Source: Verrucomicrobiales bacterium
GTDB taxonomy: Bacteria > Verrucomicrobiota > Verrucomicrobiia > Limisphaerales > UBA11320
Reading direction: 5' to 3'
DNA: 64,000 nucleotides
NCBI GenBank assembly: GCA_016793885.1
Contig: JAEUHE010000016.1
Span: 2,984 to 66,983 of the forward strand
The translations under genes were made by a program, and so were the position numbers. The notes below the pieces were generated by a model. It made no database searches. It was not told the origin of the DNA and worked only from the letters and a program-made list of their open reading frames with translations. This document shows, piece after piece, positions 27,518 through 38,412 of this stretch (positions are counted from its first letter, which is position 1; each line of letters starts with the position of its first letter).

Positions 27518-30225
27518 GCTTTTGCAGCCAGCTGCCGCAGGACGTACAGGAGGATCCCGCCATGCTGGTAGTAATCAATCTCGATGGGCGTATCGATCCG
27601 GCAGCGCACGATGACATTCTCGACCGAACCATCTTTGCGCGTGATGCGGAGCGTGAGATCCTGTTGTGGTTTCAGGCTGGCATTCAGCCCCACCACATCG
27701 TAGCTCTCGGTGCCGTCCAGCTTGAGGGTCTGAGCGGTTGTCCCCTCTTTGAACTGCAGGGGGAGAACGCCCATGCCGACCAGGTTCGAGCGATGGATTC
27801 GTTCGAAGCTTTGGGCGACGACTGCTTTGACTCCCAGCAGGTTGGTCCCTTTGGCGGCCCAATCGCGTGAGCTGCCGGTGCCGTATTCCTGGCCAGCGAC
27901 GATGACCAGCGGCGTCTTGGCTTCCGCATACTTCATGGCGGCATCATAGATGGACAACTTCTCACCTGTTGGCTGAAGGAGTGTGTTGCCCCCTTCCTCT
28001 CCGCCCAGCATGAGATTCTTGATGCGGACATTCGCGAACGTGCCGCGCGTCATGATGCGGTCGTTGCCACGGCGCGACCCGTAGCTATTGAAGTCGGCAA
28101 ACTGAACCTGGTTCGCGAGCAGGTACGTGCCGGCCGGCGAGGACTTCTTGATCGCTCCGGCCGGGGAGATGTGATCGGTTGTCACCGAGTCGCCGAAGAT
28201 CCCCAGCGCGCGGGCGTCCTTGATCTCGGCGATGGATCCCGGCTGCATCGAGAATCCGGTGAAGAAAGGCGGTTCCTGGATGTAAGTGCTCTGCCGGTCC
28301 CATTCGTAAACGTTGCCCACAGAGGACGGGATCTCGTTCCACTTGGGATTCTGTCCGGCGAAGTCCGTGTACAGCTTCTGGAAGATCTCGGGCTTCAGGG
28401 CGGACAGCATCTGATCACGCACTTCCTTCAACGTGGGCCAAATCTCCTTGAGCAGCACCGGCTTCCCTTGCTTGTCCACCCCGAGCGGCTCGGTGGAGAG
28501 GTCGATGTTGACTCGCCCGGCGAGTGCGAAGGCCACCACGAGCGGCGGCGACATGAGGAAGTTCGCCTTGATGTTCTGGTGGACGCGGGCTTCAAAGTTT
28601 CGGTTGCCCGAGAGAACCGAGGCAGCCACGAGGTCGTTTTTCACCACGGCATCCTCGATCGCCGGGGCGAGCGGACCGGAGTTTCCGATGCAAGTGGTGC
28701 AGCCATACCCGACCAGATTGAATCCGAGTTGATCCAGATAAGGCTGAAGCCCGGTCTTGTCCAAATAGTCGCTCACCACGCGAGATCCCGGGGCGAGCGA
28801 GGCTTTCACCGCGGGGTTCACCGTGAGGCCTCGTTCCACCGCCTTCTTGGCCAGCAAACCGGCAGCGAGCATGACGCTCGGGTTGGAGGTGTTCGTGCAG
28901 CTGGTGATCGCGGCGATGAGCACCGATCCATGACCCAGCGAGGCTTTGGTGCCCGCTTCCAGGGAGACCTCGGCGCGGACTGAAGCAAAGTCTTCGGCCT
29001 TCTTGCCAAACCCGCTTTCGGCCACCGGCTTGGAGAACGAGGTGACAAATTCGTTTTTCAGCTTGGGCAACTCGATGCGGTCTTGCGGGCGTTTCGGTCC
29101 GGCCACACTAGGAACGACGGTGGAGAGGTCGAGCTCCAAGTCCTGGGAGTACTGGATCTGTCCCTTCTGCGGAATGCCCCACAATCCCTGAGCGCGGTAA
29201 TAGCGCTCGTAGATCGCGCATTGCTCCTCGCTTCGCCCGGTGGCGCGCAGGTAGTTGACCGATTCCGCGTCGATGGGGAAGAAGCCCATGGTCGCCCCGT
29301 ACTCGGGGGCCATGTTCGCGATGGTGGCGCGATCCACCAATGGCAGGGCGGCGGCGCCTGGACCGTAGAACTCGACAAACTTGCCCACGACTTTGGCTTT
29401 CCGCAGCATCTGCGTGAGGGTCAGTGCCAGATCGGTGGCGGTAACTCCCTCGCTCAAGCTGCCAGTCAAATGAACACCGACCACATCAGGGGTCAGGAAG
29501 TAGACGGGCTGTCCGAGCATTCCTGCCTCGGCCTCGATGCCGCCGACACCCCAGCCGACAATCCCGATGCCGTTGATCATCGTGGTGTGAGAGTCCGTTC
29601 CGACCAGCGTATCCGGATAGTACACTCCGCCCTGGTTCAGAACACCTTTGGCGAGATATTCCAGGTTGACTTGGTGGACGATGCCGATGCCGGGCGGGAC
29701 GACTTTGAAAGTGTCAAAAGCCTGCATGCCCCATTTCAGAAACTGGTAGCGCTCCCGATTGCGAGAAAACTCGAGCTCGAGATTTTTCTTCATCGCGTCC
29801 GCGCTGCCAGCGAAGTCCACCTGCACCGAGTGGTCTACGACCAGGTCCACAGGGACCAGCGGCTCGATGATCTTCGGGTTTTTGCCCATGCGGGCGACGG
29901 CTGACCGCATGGCCGCGAGATCCACCAGCAGCGGGACTCCGGTGAAATCCTGGAGCACGATGCGCGCGACGACGAAAGGGATTTCAGCAGTGCGCTCGGC
30001 CTTCGGCTGCCATTGCGCCAATTCGCGCACATTTTGTTCCAGCACTTTCTTGCCGTCGCAATTACGCAGCACGGACTCCAGCACGATCCGGATCGAAACC
30101 GGCAGCTTGGAAATGGCGCCGACACCGGCTTTTTCCAGGGCCGGCAACGAATAGTATTGGCCGGTCTTCCCGTTTCCGAGATCGAAGGTCTGCAGTGTTT
30201 GAAACAATTGGTGCGATGCGCTCAT
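27514..30225 (-). CDS. acnA: Aconitate hydratase A
   Basis: ORF 27514..30258, trimmed to ATG 30225 ([34 protein letters not shown]). Full-length aconitase signatures are present ([63 protein letters not shown]). Confidence 0.95.
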   Translation of the reverse strand: MSASHQLFQTLQTFDLGNGKTGQYYSLPALEKAGVGAISKLPVSIRIVLESVLRNCDGKKVLEQNVRELAQWQPKAERTAEIPFVVARIVLQDFTGVPLLVDLAAMRSAVARMGKNPKIIEPLVPVDLVVDHSVQVDFAGSADAMKKNLELEFSRNRERYQFLKWGMQAFDTFKVVPPGIGIVHQVNLEYLAKGVLNQGGVYYPDTLVGTDSHTTMINGIGIVGWGVGGIEAEAGMLGQPVYFLTPDVVGVHLTGSLSEGVTATDLALTLTQMLRKAKVVGKFVEFYGPGAAALPLVDRATIANMAPEYGATMGFFPIDAESVNYLRATGRSEEQCAIYERYYRAQGLWGIPQKGQIQYSQDLELDLSTVVPSVAGPKRPQDRIELPKLKNEFVTSFSKPVAESGFGKKAEDFASVRAEVSLEAGTKASLGHGSVLIAAITSCTNTSNPSVMLAAGLLAKKAVERGLTVNPAVKASLAPGSRVVSDYLDKTGLQPYLDQLGFNLVGYGCTTCIGNSGPLAPAIEDAVVKNDLVAASVLSGNRNFEARVHQNIKANFLMSPPLVVAFALAGRVNIDLSTEPLGVDKQGKPVLLKEIWPTLKEVRDQMLSALKPEIFQKLYTDFAGQNPKWNEIPSSVGNVYEWDRQSTYIQEPPFFTGFSMQPGSIAEIKDARALGIFGDSVTTDHISPAGAIKKSSPAGTYLLANQVQFADFNSYGSRRGNDRIMTRGTFANVRIKNLMLGGEEGGNTLLQPTGEKLSIYDAAMKYAEAKTPLVIVAGQEYGTGSSRDWAAKGTNLLGVKAVVAQSFERIHRSNLVGMGVLPLQFKEGTTAQTLKLDGTESYDVVGLNASLKPQQDLTLRITRKDGSVENVIVRCRIDTPIEIDYYQHGGILLYVLRQLAAKA

Positions 30226-30327
30226 ACTCAGTCTCATGCCGAAGGTTCTTTGCGGCAAAAGGTGAAAATGAGGTGAGAGCCGAGCGGTGTCAAGCCACAG
30301 GCCACTCAGGGGAACGAAAGAACGCGG

Positions 30328-33300
30328 CTACGGCTGTTTGGCGTTCAGGCTTTCGATCAGGGCGTTGAACTGAGGGAAAGTGCGGATTCCCGCAAACCTG
30401 GGGTCGGTTTTCGCCAGTTGGACGAGGTCATGCGGCGAAGGTGTACTCCCGGGCGCCGCCTTGGCTTTGCGCTGCGCGTCGAATGTAAGCGCGGATTTAA
30501 GGGAGGCCATCGCTTCGTTGGATTTACTCAGAATAGCCTGCATCCCGGCCAAATCAAACCAGGCTTCAGGGTTCTCTCCGGAGAGCTTCGCATAGCGGGA
30601 CAATGCGGTTTCAGCCTTCGAATACTGAAAGCTCTGGTTGTACATCTGGGCGGCAAAGAGCATGGCGCTGACATCGGACGCGCTGCTGTTCATGAGGCCG
30701 TCCACCAAGGTTAATGCCTGGTTGGTCTGCTGGGCCTGCATCAGGGCCATGACTTGCTGAATGGTCTCCTGGAGTTTCTGCACTTGGGGCAGGGCCGCTG
30801 CCGGCGTGGGAGGAGCAAAGTTCGAACCGCGAATGCGCTCCAACTCATCGATGAGTCCCCGCAGTTGCCCGTTGGCCGGATCGAACTTGAGCGAAGTCTT
30901 CGAGAGGAGGAGGGCGTCATCAAAACGGTTCATGGAAACCAGAATGTTGATGTATCGAAAAACGGCCTCAGGGCTGTATGGGCAGTAAGCGAAGGATTGC
31001 TTGAAGGCAAACTCGGCCTCCTTGAGCACACGTTGCTGCTCCGCCGCGCTGCGCGAGTTTTGGAGCCGCCAGGCATAGAGCCCGCCGATGCTGCTCCGCA
31101 GTTTCGAGAAGGCTTTTTGGGCATCGCTGTCGCGAACGAAGGCCCGATCCCCCGTGAACCCTTGGAAGTCACGCTTCAGATAGACCCGCTCCGCGAAGGC
31201 GCAGATGTTCGAGATGGTGGTGTCGTAGGTGATCCACTTGCCGATCAGCCTTTCGGAGTATTCGCTCCAGAACTCGTGGTCCTTATCGACAATTTCCTGC
31301 GTGATCTCCGGAACGGGGTTCCGATTGATCTTCATGATGATGCCAAAGGGAGTCAGGTGAGGATACATCCAATCGAGAGGAAAGCTTTCCTCAACGTAGA
31401 ATTCATGGTTCGGATTCGCATCGAAGATCACCTTTGTGAGTAGACCGTTGATGGCCATGACGGCCACTTGTCCTGAGACCTGAACTCGTCCGCCGATCAC
31501 TTTCACATCCTCGCCGACCTTGATCTGACGGGGGGCCCCCGGGTTGCGGGTGTCGTGTTCCAGGCGTCGGTTGGCGTCGGTGATGTATTCGTTGAAGCAG
31601 CGCTGAGAATCGTCGTTGGATGGGGTCTTGATCTCGCGATCGGGATAAACCCCTCCCGGGCTCTTCGTGATTTCCTGGGGATAGGCCTCCTCCAGCAGGA
31701 GCCGGTTGAGCCGGATGCGCGTGTGGCTCTGGGGATTCTCCTCCACGAACCACTTCACATGCTGGGAGAGGTTTACGCCAGCGAAGCGCGACGCGTCGAA
31801 AAGCGGCCCGGCCTCGAGTAGTTTATTGAGGTCGGCCGCGAGCAGCTTGCGTGCGGAGCTGGAGTTCGCATCAGAGCCGATCGCGGCGCGAGTGTCGGCT
31901 GAAAGCGCCCCGTAGACATGCTGCGATACCGGATCGGCTCCGGCCTTCAGCTTGCTCGCGAACGCGGTCGCATTGGTGAAATGGTCCGGTTGGAAATACG
32001 AACTTCCCACGCGGCGCTCTTTTTCGATGGAGTCGCCCAGGTCTAGGAAGAACCGGTCCACTGGCAATGCCAGTCGTGCCAGCCAGTTGGTTTGGGTGTT
32101 TTCCGCGAGTTCGCGCGGACCTCGAAGTAGCTCCGAAAAGAAGGGGGGATCCGGTTGGGTGACGCGGTTGTAGTGAGCCCGGATATATTGCAGATAGGTG
32201 CCGTCTGCCAACGCGTTTTGAGTGATCAGGTACACATCCCGTCGGTCAAAGTTCGGATCGTTGGGCTTGAATTTTGGATCCAGAAAACTCTCGCAGAAGA
32301 TCATGTAGGTCGGGTTGAACCGCCCGGGATCCGTTCCGCCAAACAGCACCGTGTGCTTGTCCATTTCGGGGTAGATGGGCTTGCCATCCTTGCCCTTCAT
32401 CGGGGGCGTGAACATGTCGTGGCCGAACCAATAGCCAAACAGATGGCCGCGCTGTTCATTGTTCTCCCAGTGCGACAGCACCGAATAACCCGGGGCTAGC
32501 AGCAGCAGCGCCAAGAACGGTTTGAGCGGGGCGGCTTGCAGGTTCACAATCATCAGGATCAGCCCCGCGGCGGCGATGACCAACGCGTAGATGGCCGTGA
32601 AGTGGTGCAGTCCATAGGCGCTGTTCAAGAAGGCGTCTTTGCAATGCAGCACGGCCAGGAAGACCACCACCCCGAGTCCGGCGACGATCGGCATGCGGAT
32701 CTGGGAGTAGGCGGTGGCCATCAAGGCGAGCAGCAGCGTGATCCCATAGCCGATACCCATCGAGATGAGCACCTGCGACGCCGTGAAGAATACCTTGTTG
32801 AGTTCCTGGGCTTGACGGTCGGGGGGCGGGTTGAGCAGCAGCATCAGGAACGGTCCCAGGAAGACGTAGATCGCCGTCAAGGCCACGATCCAGGCGCGCT
32901 CGCGCTTCTGCATCTCTTTCCAGAAGAGGAAAGTCGGATTCAAAAACAGAGTGAAGAGCGGCGCCAGCGCGCAATAGACCGCCGCGACCAGGAGGATCCA
33001 GAGCGCGTTCAGGCGGTGCGACTCCACCCAGCCAACCAGATCGGGGCTCATGAGCCCCATGAAAAGGGCGAGGATGGCGCAGTAGCCCACGATGACCCCC
33101 GCCTTGGCCTGCGGGCTCCAGTCTCTTCGCGAGAGCCACCACAGCCCGAGGATCAGGCCGAAAACGAAACACATCACGTTGAACTCGGTGAGAGTTCCGT
33201 CGATCAGCGTGTAGTCGATTTGCTTGAGGAACGCGGTCGATTCGGTGGTGGGATGAATGCGCTCATACTGCCCCCGCGTGAAGGCGTGAAAGAATCCCGT

Positions 33301-34551
33301 GACGGTTCGCGGGTAGCCCCAGTTCAAGGGCGGATTACTCATGCTGGCCAGCGGCATGTAGATGTAGAAAGCCGCACCCAGGGTCCAGGCGATGCCGGAG
33401 GCCAAAGTCGGCCACCATTCATTGCCGAGCGGCTTCAGGTTGAGCAAACGAGGGGTGAAGGTAAGAATGAAAAAACAGCTGAACGTACCGATGAAGGCCA
33501 TCCAGACCAGGAGGTAGCGGCCAGGGTTGCCCTCGAACAGTTCCAGGTAGTTGGTGATCTTGCCGAGAATCAGCCCCAAGCAGCCCAGCCAGGCCACCAA
33601 ACACAAATCCCGAACCAGTTCCAACAGGTTCTTCTTCGTCGTGACGGCCAGCCACAGCCAGCAGATGGTGAAAAGCACACCCAGTCCGCTGAAGATCAGC
33701 ATGACAGTGTCGTTTTCCTTAAGTGTGGGAATAAAGCCCATTCCAGCCAACACCAGGCCGGCGAAAAAAAGAATCACGTTCCAGAATAGGAACTCGCGTC
33801 CCAGACGGGGAGCCGCCGCGATTACCGCGACCTCAAGTCCCATCGCCGTCACCAGCAGGGACTGGTGGTTGTTGAAACAAATCCCGAACCAAAAGAAGGC
33901 CAGATAGAGATAGCGGTGCTGCGTCGGCGTGTAGATCCACCGCATCAAGCAGATCAGCACCCCGGTCAGCGAGAGCACGCTCAGCGTATAGACCTCAACG
34001 ATGACCGCCTGGCTCCACATGAAGCCATTGAATCCCATGAGCAAGCCAGCCACGATGCCTGATACGATACAGAAAGACCCTTCGAGCTTACGCTCCAATG
34101 CCTTGAACATGGCGATGCCTTCCAGGAGCATGCTGCTGCCGCGAGAGACCATCATCGCGATGAACCCGCAGGACAACGCGGCGGCAAAGGCCGAGGACAA
34201 TCCAACTCGATAAGCGATGTTTCCAAAGGGCAACAACGTGAACAGCCAGGTATAGACGGTCCAGACCGGATAGCCCGGCGGATGTGGCACTCCGGCATAT
34301 TGAGAAGCCACCGCCAGCTCGCCGGAATCCTCCAGGGTTAGGTCTGGTGCCAGCGTCCACCAGTAGCCGATCATGGTGATGACCGCAGTGACGAGAAACG
34401 CAACCCAGTCCACGCCGCGGAACAACGGCGGCAGAGGTCCCTGCGGCACAGGGTCTCCTCCGGACGGAAGAGAGGTTGCTGTCGGTTCCGACGTACGTGA
34501 CGGACCGGTAGACTTCCCGGAAGGGGAAGGTTTCGGGTTTTTCTGGCTCAT
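30328..34551 (-). CDS. DUF2723 (GT-C-like polytopic membrane protein) with a large C-terminal soluble/TPR-like region
   Basis: The 1407-aa N-terminus carries the DUF2723 hallmark WWTLAPDLTLEDSGELAVASQYAGVPHPPGYPVW. Many predicted TM helices follow, then a helical-repeat C-terminus. Confidence 0.9.
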   Translation of the reverse strand: MSQKNPKPSPSGKSTGPSRTSEPTATSLPSGGDPVPQGPLPPLFRGVDWVAFLVTAVITMIGYWWTLAPDLTLEDSGELAVASQYAGVPHPPGYPVWTVYTWLFTLLPFGNIAYRVGLSSAFAAALSCGFIAMMVSRGSSMLLEGIAMFKALERKLEGSFCIVSGIVAGLLMGFNGFMWSQAVIVEVYTLSVLSLTGVLICLMRWIYTPTQHRYLYLAFFWFGICFNNHQSLLVTAMGLEVAVIAAAPRLGREFLFWNVILFFAGLVLAGMGFIPTLKENDTVMLIFSGLGVLFTICWLWLAVTTKKNLLELVRDLCLVAWLGCLGLILGKITNYLELFEGNPGRYLLVWMAFIGTFSCFFILTFTPRLLNLKPLGNEWWPTLASGIAWTLGAAFYIYMPLASMSNPPLNWGYPRTVTGFFHAFTRGQYERIHPTTESTAFLKQIDYTLIDGTLTEFNVMCFVFGLILGLWWLSRRDWSPQAKAGVIVGYCAILALFMGLMSPDLVGWVESHRLNALWILLVAAVYCALAPLFTLFLNPTFLFWKEMQKRERAWIVALTAIYVFLGPFLMLLLNPPPDRQAQELNKVFFTASQVLISMGIGYGITLLLALMATAYSQIRMPIVAGLGVVVFLAVLHCKDAFLNSAYGLHHFTAIYALVIAAAGLILMIVNLQAAPLKPFLALLLLAPGYSVLSHWENNEQRGHLFGYWFGHDMFTPPMKGKDGKPIYPEMDKHTVLFGGTDPGRFNPTYMIFCESFLDPKFKPNDPNFDRRDVYLITQNALADGTYLQYIRAHYNRVTQPDPPFFSELLRGPRELAENTQTNWLARLALPVDRFFLDLGDSIEKERRVGSSYFQPDHFTNATAFASKLKAGADPVSQHVYGALSADTRAAIGSDANSSSARKLLAADLNKLLEAGPLFDASRFAGVNLSQHVKWFVEENPQSHTRIRLNRLLLEEAYPQEITKSPGGVYPDREIKTPSNDDSQRCFNEYITDANRRLEHDTRNPGAPRQIKVGEDVKVIGGRVQVSGQVAVMAINGLLTKVIFDANPNHEFYVEESFPLDWMYPHLTPFGIIMKINRNPVPEITQEIVDKDHEFWSEYSERLIGKWITYDTTISNICAFAERVYLKRDFQGFTGDRAFVRDSDAQKAFSKLRSSIGGLYAWRLQNSRSAAEQQRVLKEAEFAFKQSFAYCPYSPEAVFRYINILVSMNRFDDALLLSKTSLKFDPANGQLRGLIDELERIRGSNFAPPTPAAALPQVQKLQETIQQVMALMQAQQTNQALTLVDGLMNSSASDVSAMLFAAQMYNQSFQYSKAETALSRYAKLSGENPEAWFDLAGMQAILSKSNEAMASLKSALTFDAQRKAKAAPGSTPSPHDLVQLAKTDPRFAGIRTFPQFNALIESLNAKQP

Positions 34552-34555
34552 TCGG

Positions 34556-34948
34556 TTAAGGCCTTACGCTATTGGTTCCCAAAAGGGACATGTGAGTTGA
34601 CAGTGTGCTGGGAGGCGTTGTCGATGAAAAACTTACATCGATGGACCCAACGGTATTGTCGAAGCTGTTGTGCGGACTGTGGGCTGCCATGTAGCTGGCC
34701 AGCTCGGGATCGGAGATCGCTTGGGCCAAGCGGGGCGACAGCGTCAGGGTAGAGGGTGTTTGTCCCAGCGCCAGGAAGGTGGCCACGAAGGCCACGCTCG
34801 CGGGCGCCAGCCAGGTCATTCGAAAACCGACCTCAACGGGATCTTTCTCGGGCTTGGGGCCAAAGATCCGATCTTTAAGAGCCGGGCTCGGCCGACGCGG
34901 CGTCCAGGATGCCAAGATCGCTTCGATTGACTTCAAATCGTTCTTCAT
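34556..34948 (-). CDS. Putative single-pass membrane anti-sigma factor (unclassified)
   Basis: 130 aa, with one TM segment (WLAPASVAFVATFLALG). The call rests on its position directly after an ECF sigma gene. The stop lies 4 nt before the DUF2723 start. No recognisable zinc-finger anti-sigma motif. Confidence 0.55.
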   Translation of the reverse strand: MKNDLKSIEAILASWTPRRPSPALKDRIFGPKPEKDPVEVGFRMTWLAPASVAFVATFLALGQTPSTLTLSPRLAQAISDPELASYMAAHSPHNSFDNTVGSIDVSFSSTTPPSTLSTHMSLLGTNSVRP

Positions 34949-35432
34949 AGTTACCTCGCAGACACTGTCTCAACTTTTGAATCCCATACCGGTAGCGGCC
35001 CGCCACCGTGTTCGGGGAGAGCCCCAGCAGGTTCCCGATTTCCTCAAAGGTGTGCTGATTCCAAATCTTGAGCACGATGACCTCGCACTGTTCCGCCGGT
35101 AGCCGCTTTAAGCACCGCATCGCTGCCCGCTCCTGGTCCGACTCCGTGCTATCCCGGTCGAACCACCGCTGAAACTCAAACTCTCGAGCCAAACGGCGCC
35201 AAAGCCCGCGGTGATAGTTCAACGCGCGGTTTCGAAACGATCTCAGACAATAGTGCAACGGTTCATCGGGCGGGGCGGGGAGCTTGAGAAGCGAGATAAA
35301 CGTCTCTTGCAGAACATCCTCAGACTCTGAATGCGAAAGCCCCAAGGCGCGGCCGTACAACAACAGACCGGCGGCTCGCTCGTTGTAGAGCGTTTCACAC
35401 CAGCCGTCCTGCGTTGATCCATCAGCACCCAT
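34875..35432 (-). CDS. ECF-type RNA polymerase sigma-70 factor
   Basis: ORF 34875..35573, trimmed to ATG 35432 to clear the upstream gene. Region 2-like LLLYGRALGLSHSESEDVLQETFISLL. Region 4-like PAEQCEVIVLKIWNQHTFEEIGNLLGLSPNTVAGRYRYGIQKLR. Confidence 0.8.
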   Translation of the reverse strand: MGADGSTQDGWCETLYNERAAGLLLYGRALGLSHSESEDVLQETFISLLKLPAPPDEPLHYCLRSFRNRALNYHRGLWRRLAREFEFQRWFDRDSTESDQERAAMRCLKRLPAEQCEVIVLKIWNQHTFEEIGNLLGLSPNTVAGRYRYGIQKLRQCLRGNYEERFEVNRSDLGILDAASAEPGS

Positions 35433-35496
35433 TTCACTCACATCGACACCAATCAAGGGATCTTTTGTATAGGAAAGTGAACTAACAGTCGAGTTT

Positions 35497-36534
35497 TCAA
35501 CCGGCAGAGCCGCGCTGCAGCCGGTCGGCCACTGCTCTCCACTCTGTTGTGTTCCGAACCGCCTCGACGACAATCAAGTCCGCATTCGCCTCGTCGCAGC
35601 GATGTAACTCGGCATAAAGTGCTCGGGCATAAGCCTCAGCATCATCGGGAATAACGGTGATTTGGGATTGCGGCAACGAGAGAGTCAAGGGAATGCGACG
35701 ATGCGCTATCACGTGGATGCGTTGACCTTGTTGCAGGGCGGGGCGCAGCAGCGTGGCGATCTCTGCATCCGATTCCCACGCTAGGATCCGCAGGGTTGCG
35801 CGGGGTGAGTAGTGCTTGGGCAACAGCCCGGGGCTTCGGGCGATCTTGCCCTCTTGGCCGACTGCGGCGGCGACCACGGTGGTGACCGTGCCAGCCAGCG
35901 GGACCACCGATCGAATGTCCCGCTCGTGGATCGTCCCCGGACGCAAGATTCTTGCTTCCGGGCCGGTGACATCGATGACCGTCGACTCGATCCCGATCTG
36001 CGACTGGCCTCCATCGACGATCAGGCGGAGTTTGTTGCCCAGGAGGCGTTGCACGTGCTGGGCGTTGGTTGGGGAGAGTTGGTTGGAAGGATTGGCACTG
36101 GGCGCCGCCAACGGCAGACCGCACGACCGGATCACGGCTTGCATGACCGGATGACTGGGCCAACGGATTCCGACTGTGTCGCCTCCGGCCGAAACCACAT
36201 TCGGAATGGCATCCGACTTATGAAGGACCAGAGTCATGGGGCCTGGCCAGAAAGCATTGGCCAAGGCTTGAGCCATGGGAGGCCAGTTCCTCACGCAGGT
36301 GGAGATCATGGCGAGGTCCGCGATATGAACAATCACCGGGTTAGTCGACGGGCGTCCTTTGATTCGGAAGATCTGCTCGACGGCGTGGGAATCGAGGGCA
36401 TTGGCCGCCAGGCCGTATACGGTTTCCGTCGGGAGAGCCACAACCTCACCTTGGCGCAGTGCGGCTGCGGCTGATGTTACGGCCTGCGCCAGCAGCGCGG
36501 GCGAGTGTGTGGGCAATACAATTGCGGTGTTCAC
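35497..36534 (-). CDS. tsaC: L-threonylcarbamoyladenylate synthase, long Sua5/YwlC type
   Basis: GTG start. ALRQGEVVALPTETVYGLAANA, PGPMTLVL and LAAPSANPSNQLSP, plus a Sua5-type C-terminal extension. Confidence 0.9.
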   Translation of the reverse strand: MNTAIVLPTHSPALLAQAVTSAAAALRQGEVVALPTETVYGLAANALDSHAVEQIFRIKGRPSTNPVIVHIADLAMISTCVRNWPPMAQALANAFWPGPMTLVLHKSDAIPNVVSAGGDTVGIRWPSHPVMQAVIRSCGLPLAAPSANPSNQLSPTNAQHVQRLLGNKLRLIVDGGQSQIGIESTVIDVTGPEARILRPGTIHERDIRSVVPLAGTVTTVVAAAVGQEGKIARSPGLLPKHYSPRATLRILAWESDAEIATLLRPALQQGQRIHVIAHRRIPLTLSLPQSQITVIPDDAEAYARALYAELHRCDEANADLIVVEAVRNTTEWRAVADRLQRGSAG

Positions 36535-36721
36535 GGGATGGCAACGGAGGTGATCTTCACCTCCGTTCGTCTCTATATACCTGGGCTGGGTTTAAGGATC
36601 CAGCTCCGGAAATGGGACGATGACGATTGCGAGTGAAAGGACTGTCGGGAGCGGGGGTGTGTGGCGGCGCGTTTCACTCTGAGTTCAGAGCCAGCGGGGA
36701 GGGAGGAGCGACGGGGCAGCG

Positions 36722-36777
36722 ACAAAAAATTGGCGGGTTTTGGGATGACACACAGATTGCATCGCCAAAACCCGCCA
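36722..36777 (-). terminator. Orphan terminator-like hairpin (13-bp perfect stem + U-run) with no annotated gene upstream of it
   Basis: Minus strand: TGGCGGGTTTTGG-21 nt loop-CCAAAACCCGCCA followed by ATTTTTTG. The loop is long for a canonical terminator. Confidence 0.45.
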
Positions 36778-37065
36778 CTCCCGCCCACACGGGCGAAAAA
36801 ATTCATCGTTCCGACACCCGGGCACACTTCTTGCGGAGCGGAACCGGACTGGCGGGCTGACTTGCGCATAAGGTGCCCTAAGTCGGCCCCAACGTCAACC
36901 TGGTTTAGGACAGCGTGGATTGGGGTAGAGGTGGGAGGAGTGTACCTTCCCGACTTTAAGCCACCCGGTCGAGTCGGGGGCTATTTCAAAAATGACTTGG
37001 CCGACACCGTGGCCCCTTGCATGATCCCTGCTTTGACCATTTGAACCACTCACACACCGATCATT

Positions 37066-38049
37066 ATGGGACGCATTTACAACAACATCGTTGAGACTGT
37101 TGGTCGGACGCCGCTGGTGCGTCTGAACCGCGTAACCGCTGGCCTGGACGCCACCATTCTCTTAAAGTGCGAGTTCTTTAATCCGCTGGGTAGCGTGAAG
37201 GACCGGATTGGCATGAGCATGATCGAGGATGCTGAGCGGCGCGGGGTCCTCAAGAAGGACACGGTGATCATCGAGCCCACCAGCGGCAACACCGGCATTG
37301 CGCTCGCCTTTGTCGCTGCCGCCAAAGGCTACAAGCTGATTCTGACCATGCCCGAGACCATGTCCCAAGAGCGACGAACGCTGCTGGCCATGCTCGGTGC
37401 CAAACTGGTGCTCACCCCGGGAGCCGAAGGGATGAAGGGGGCGATCTCGCGTGCCGAAGCTCTGGCCAAAGAAACACCCAACTCCTGGATTCCTCAGCAG
37501 TTTGAAAATGGCGCCAATCCCGAAGTGCATCGGCGCACGACCGCTCTGGAGATTTGGGAAGACACCGAGGGCAAGGTCGATTTTCTGATCGCCGCGGTCG
37601 GCACGGGTGGAACCATCACCGGATGCTGTGAGGTCATCAAACCCAAGCGCCCGAGTTTCCAGGCCATTGCGGTCGAACCTAAAGATTCGCCTGTCATCTC
37701 CCAAACTCTGGCCGGACAGCCCATCAAGCCCGGCCCGCACAAGATCCAGGGAACGGGGGCAGGCTTTGTTCCCAAAAACCTTCACTTGAAGGACGGTCAA
37801 GGAAACTCACAGATCTCCGAGTGCGTGCAAGTCAGCAACGACGAGGCATTCGCCATGGCCCGACGCTTAGCAAAAGAGGAAGGGATTCTGGTCGGCATTT
37901 CAACAGGAGCGAACGTTTGGGCGGCCATCCAGATCGCCAAACGGCCTGAGAATAAGGGCAAAACAATCGTCACGATTGCCTGTTCCACCGGTGAGCGCTA
38001 CCTCAGCACCGCCTTGGCGGATGAGGCCCGTGCTCAATTGGGAACCTGA
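37066..38049 (+). CDS. cysK: Cysteine synthase A (O-acetylserine sulfhydrylase)
   Basis: [22 protein letters not shown] (PLP lysine), [20 protein letters not shown]. Confidence 0.95.
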   Translation: MGRIYNNIVETVGRTPLVRLNRVTAGLDATILLKCEFFNPLGSVKDRIGMSMIEDAERRGVLKKDTVIIEPTSGNTGIALAFVAAAKGYKLILTMPETMSQERRTLLAMLGAKLVLTPGAEGMKGAISRAEALAKETPNSWIPQQFENGANPEVHRRTTALEIWEDTEGKVDFLIAAVGTGGTITGCCEVIKPKRPSFQAIAVEPKDSPVISQTLAGQPIKPGPHKIQGTGAGFVPKNLHLKDGQGNSQISECVQVSNDEAFAMARRLAKEEGILVGISTGANVWAAIQIAKRPENKGKTIVTIACSTGERYLSTALADEARAQLGT

Positions 38050-38072
38050 TTCCGTCAGGACAAAAACGGGGG

Positions 38073-38104
38073 ATGGCCTGGCAAAAAGCGGAAAGCCAGG
38101 CCAT
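38073..38104 (+). terminator. Hairpin downstream of cysK (10-bp perfect stem, weak U-tract)
   Basis: ATGGCCTGGC-aaaaagcggaaa-GCCAGGCCAT followed by tcctcgg. There is no clear T-run. Confidence 0.3.
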
Positions 38105-38199
38105 TCCTCGGGTCGTATCGTGTCTACAGCAGTGGTCGCTGGGTTGCCCGTGGATAGGGTGGATCCCAGCACGAATCACCCTGCGTTAGGAACCATGAT

Positions 38200-38412
38200 A
38201 TGATTACGCCAACTGTCATCGCCATCTCTCTTTTCGCCGCCAGCCTTCCCGTGCTGTATCTCTTGATCATCCATCGCTCCTTGAGCGGCGGTGCGGCCAA
38301 TGATCCGAATTTCGACGTGGACGCGAAACTGCATTCGGCATCCCCGCGCCAATCCAGTGCGAAGGCGCATGCCGCTCCGTCCCACACAGGGACGACTCCG
38401 AAGCACGCCTAA
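38200..38412 (+). CDS. Hypothetical small membrane protein (70 aa)
   Basis: ATG start and one hydrophobic helix (ITPTVIAISLFAASLPVLYLLII). No recognised family, so it may be spurious. Confidence 0.3.
   Translation: MITPTVIAISLFAASLPVLYLLIIHRSLSGGAANDPNFDVDAKLHSASPRQSSAKAHAAPSHTGTTPKHA

Noticed and set aside
36573-36869. 98-aa minus-strand ORF in the tsaC/cysK intergenic region
   Set aside because: It reads straight through the terminator-like hairpin, has low-complexity composition and has no family resemblance. The region is treated as non-coding, as described in the 36535..37065 finding.
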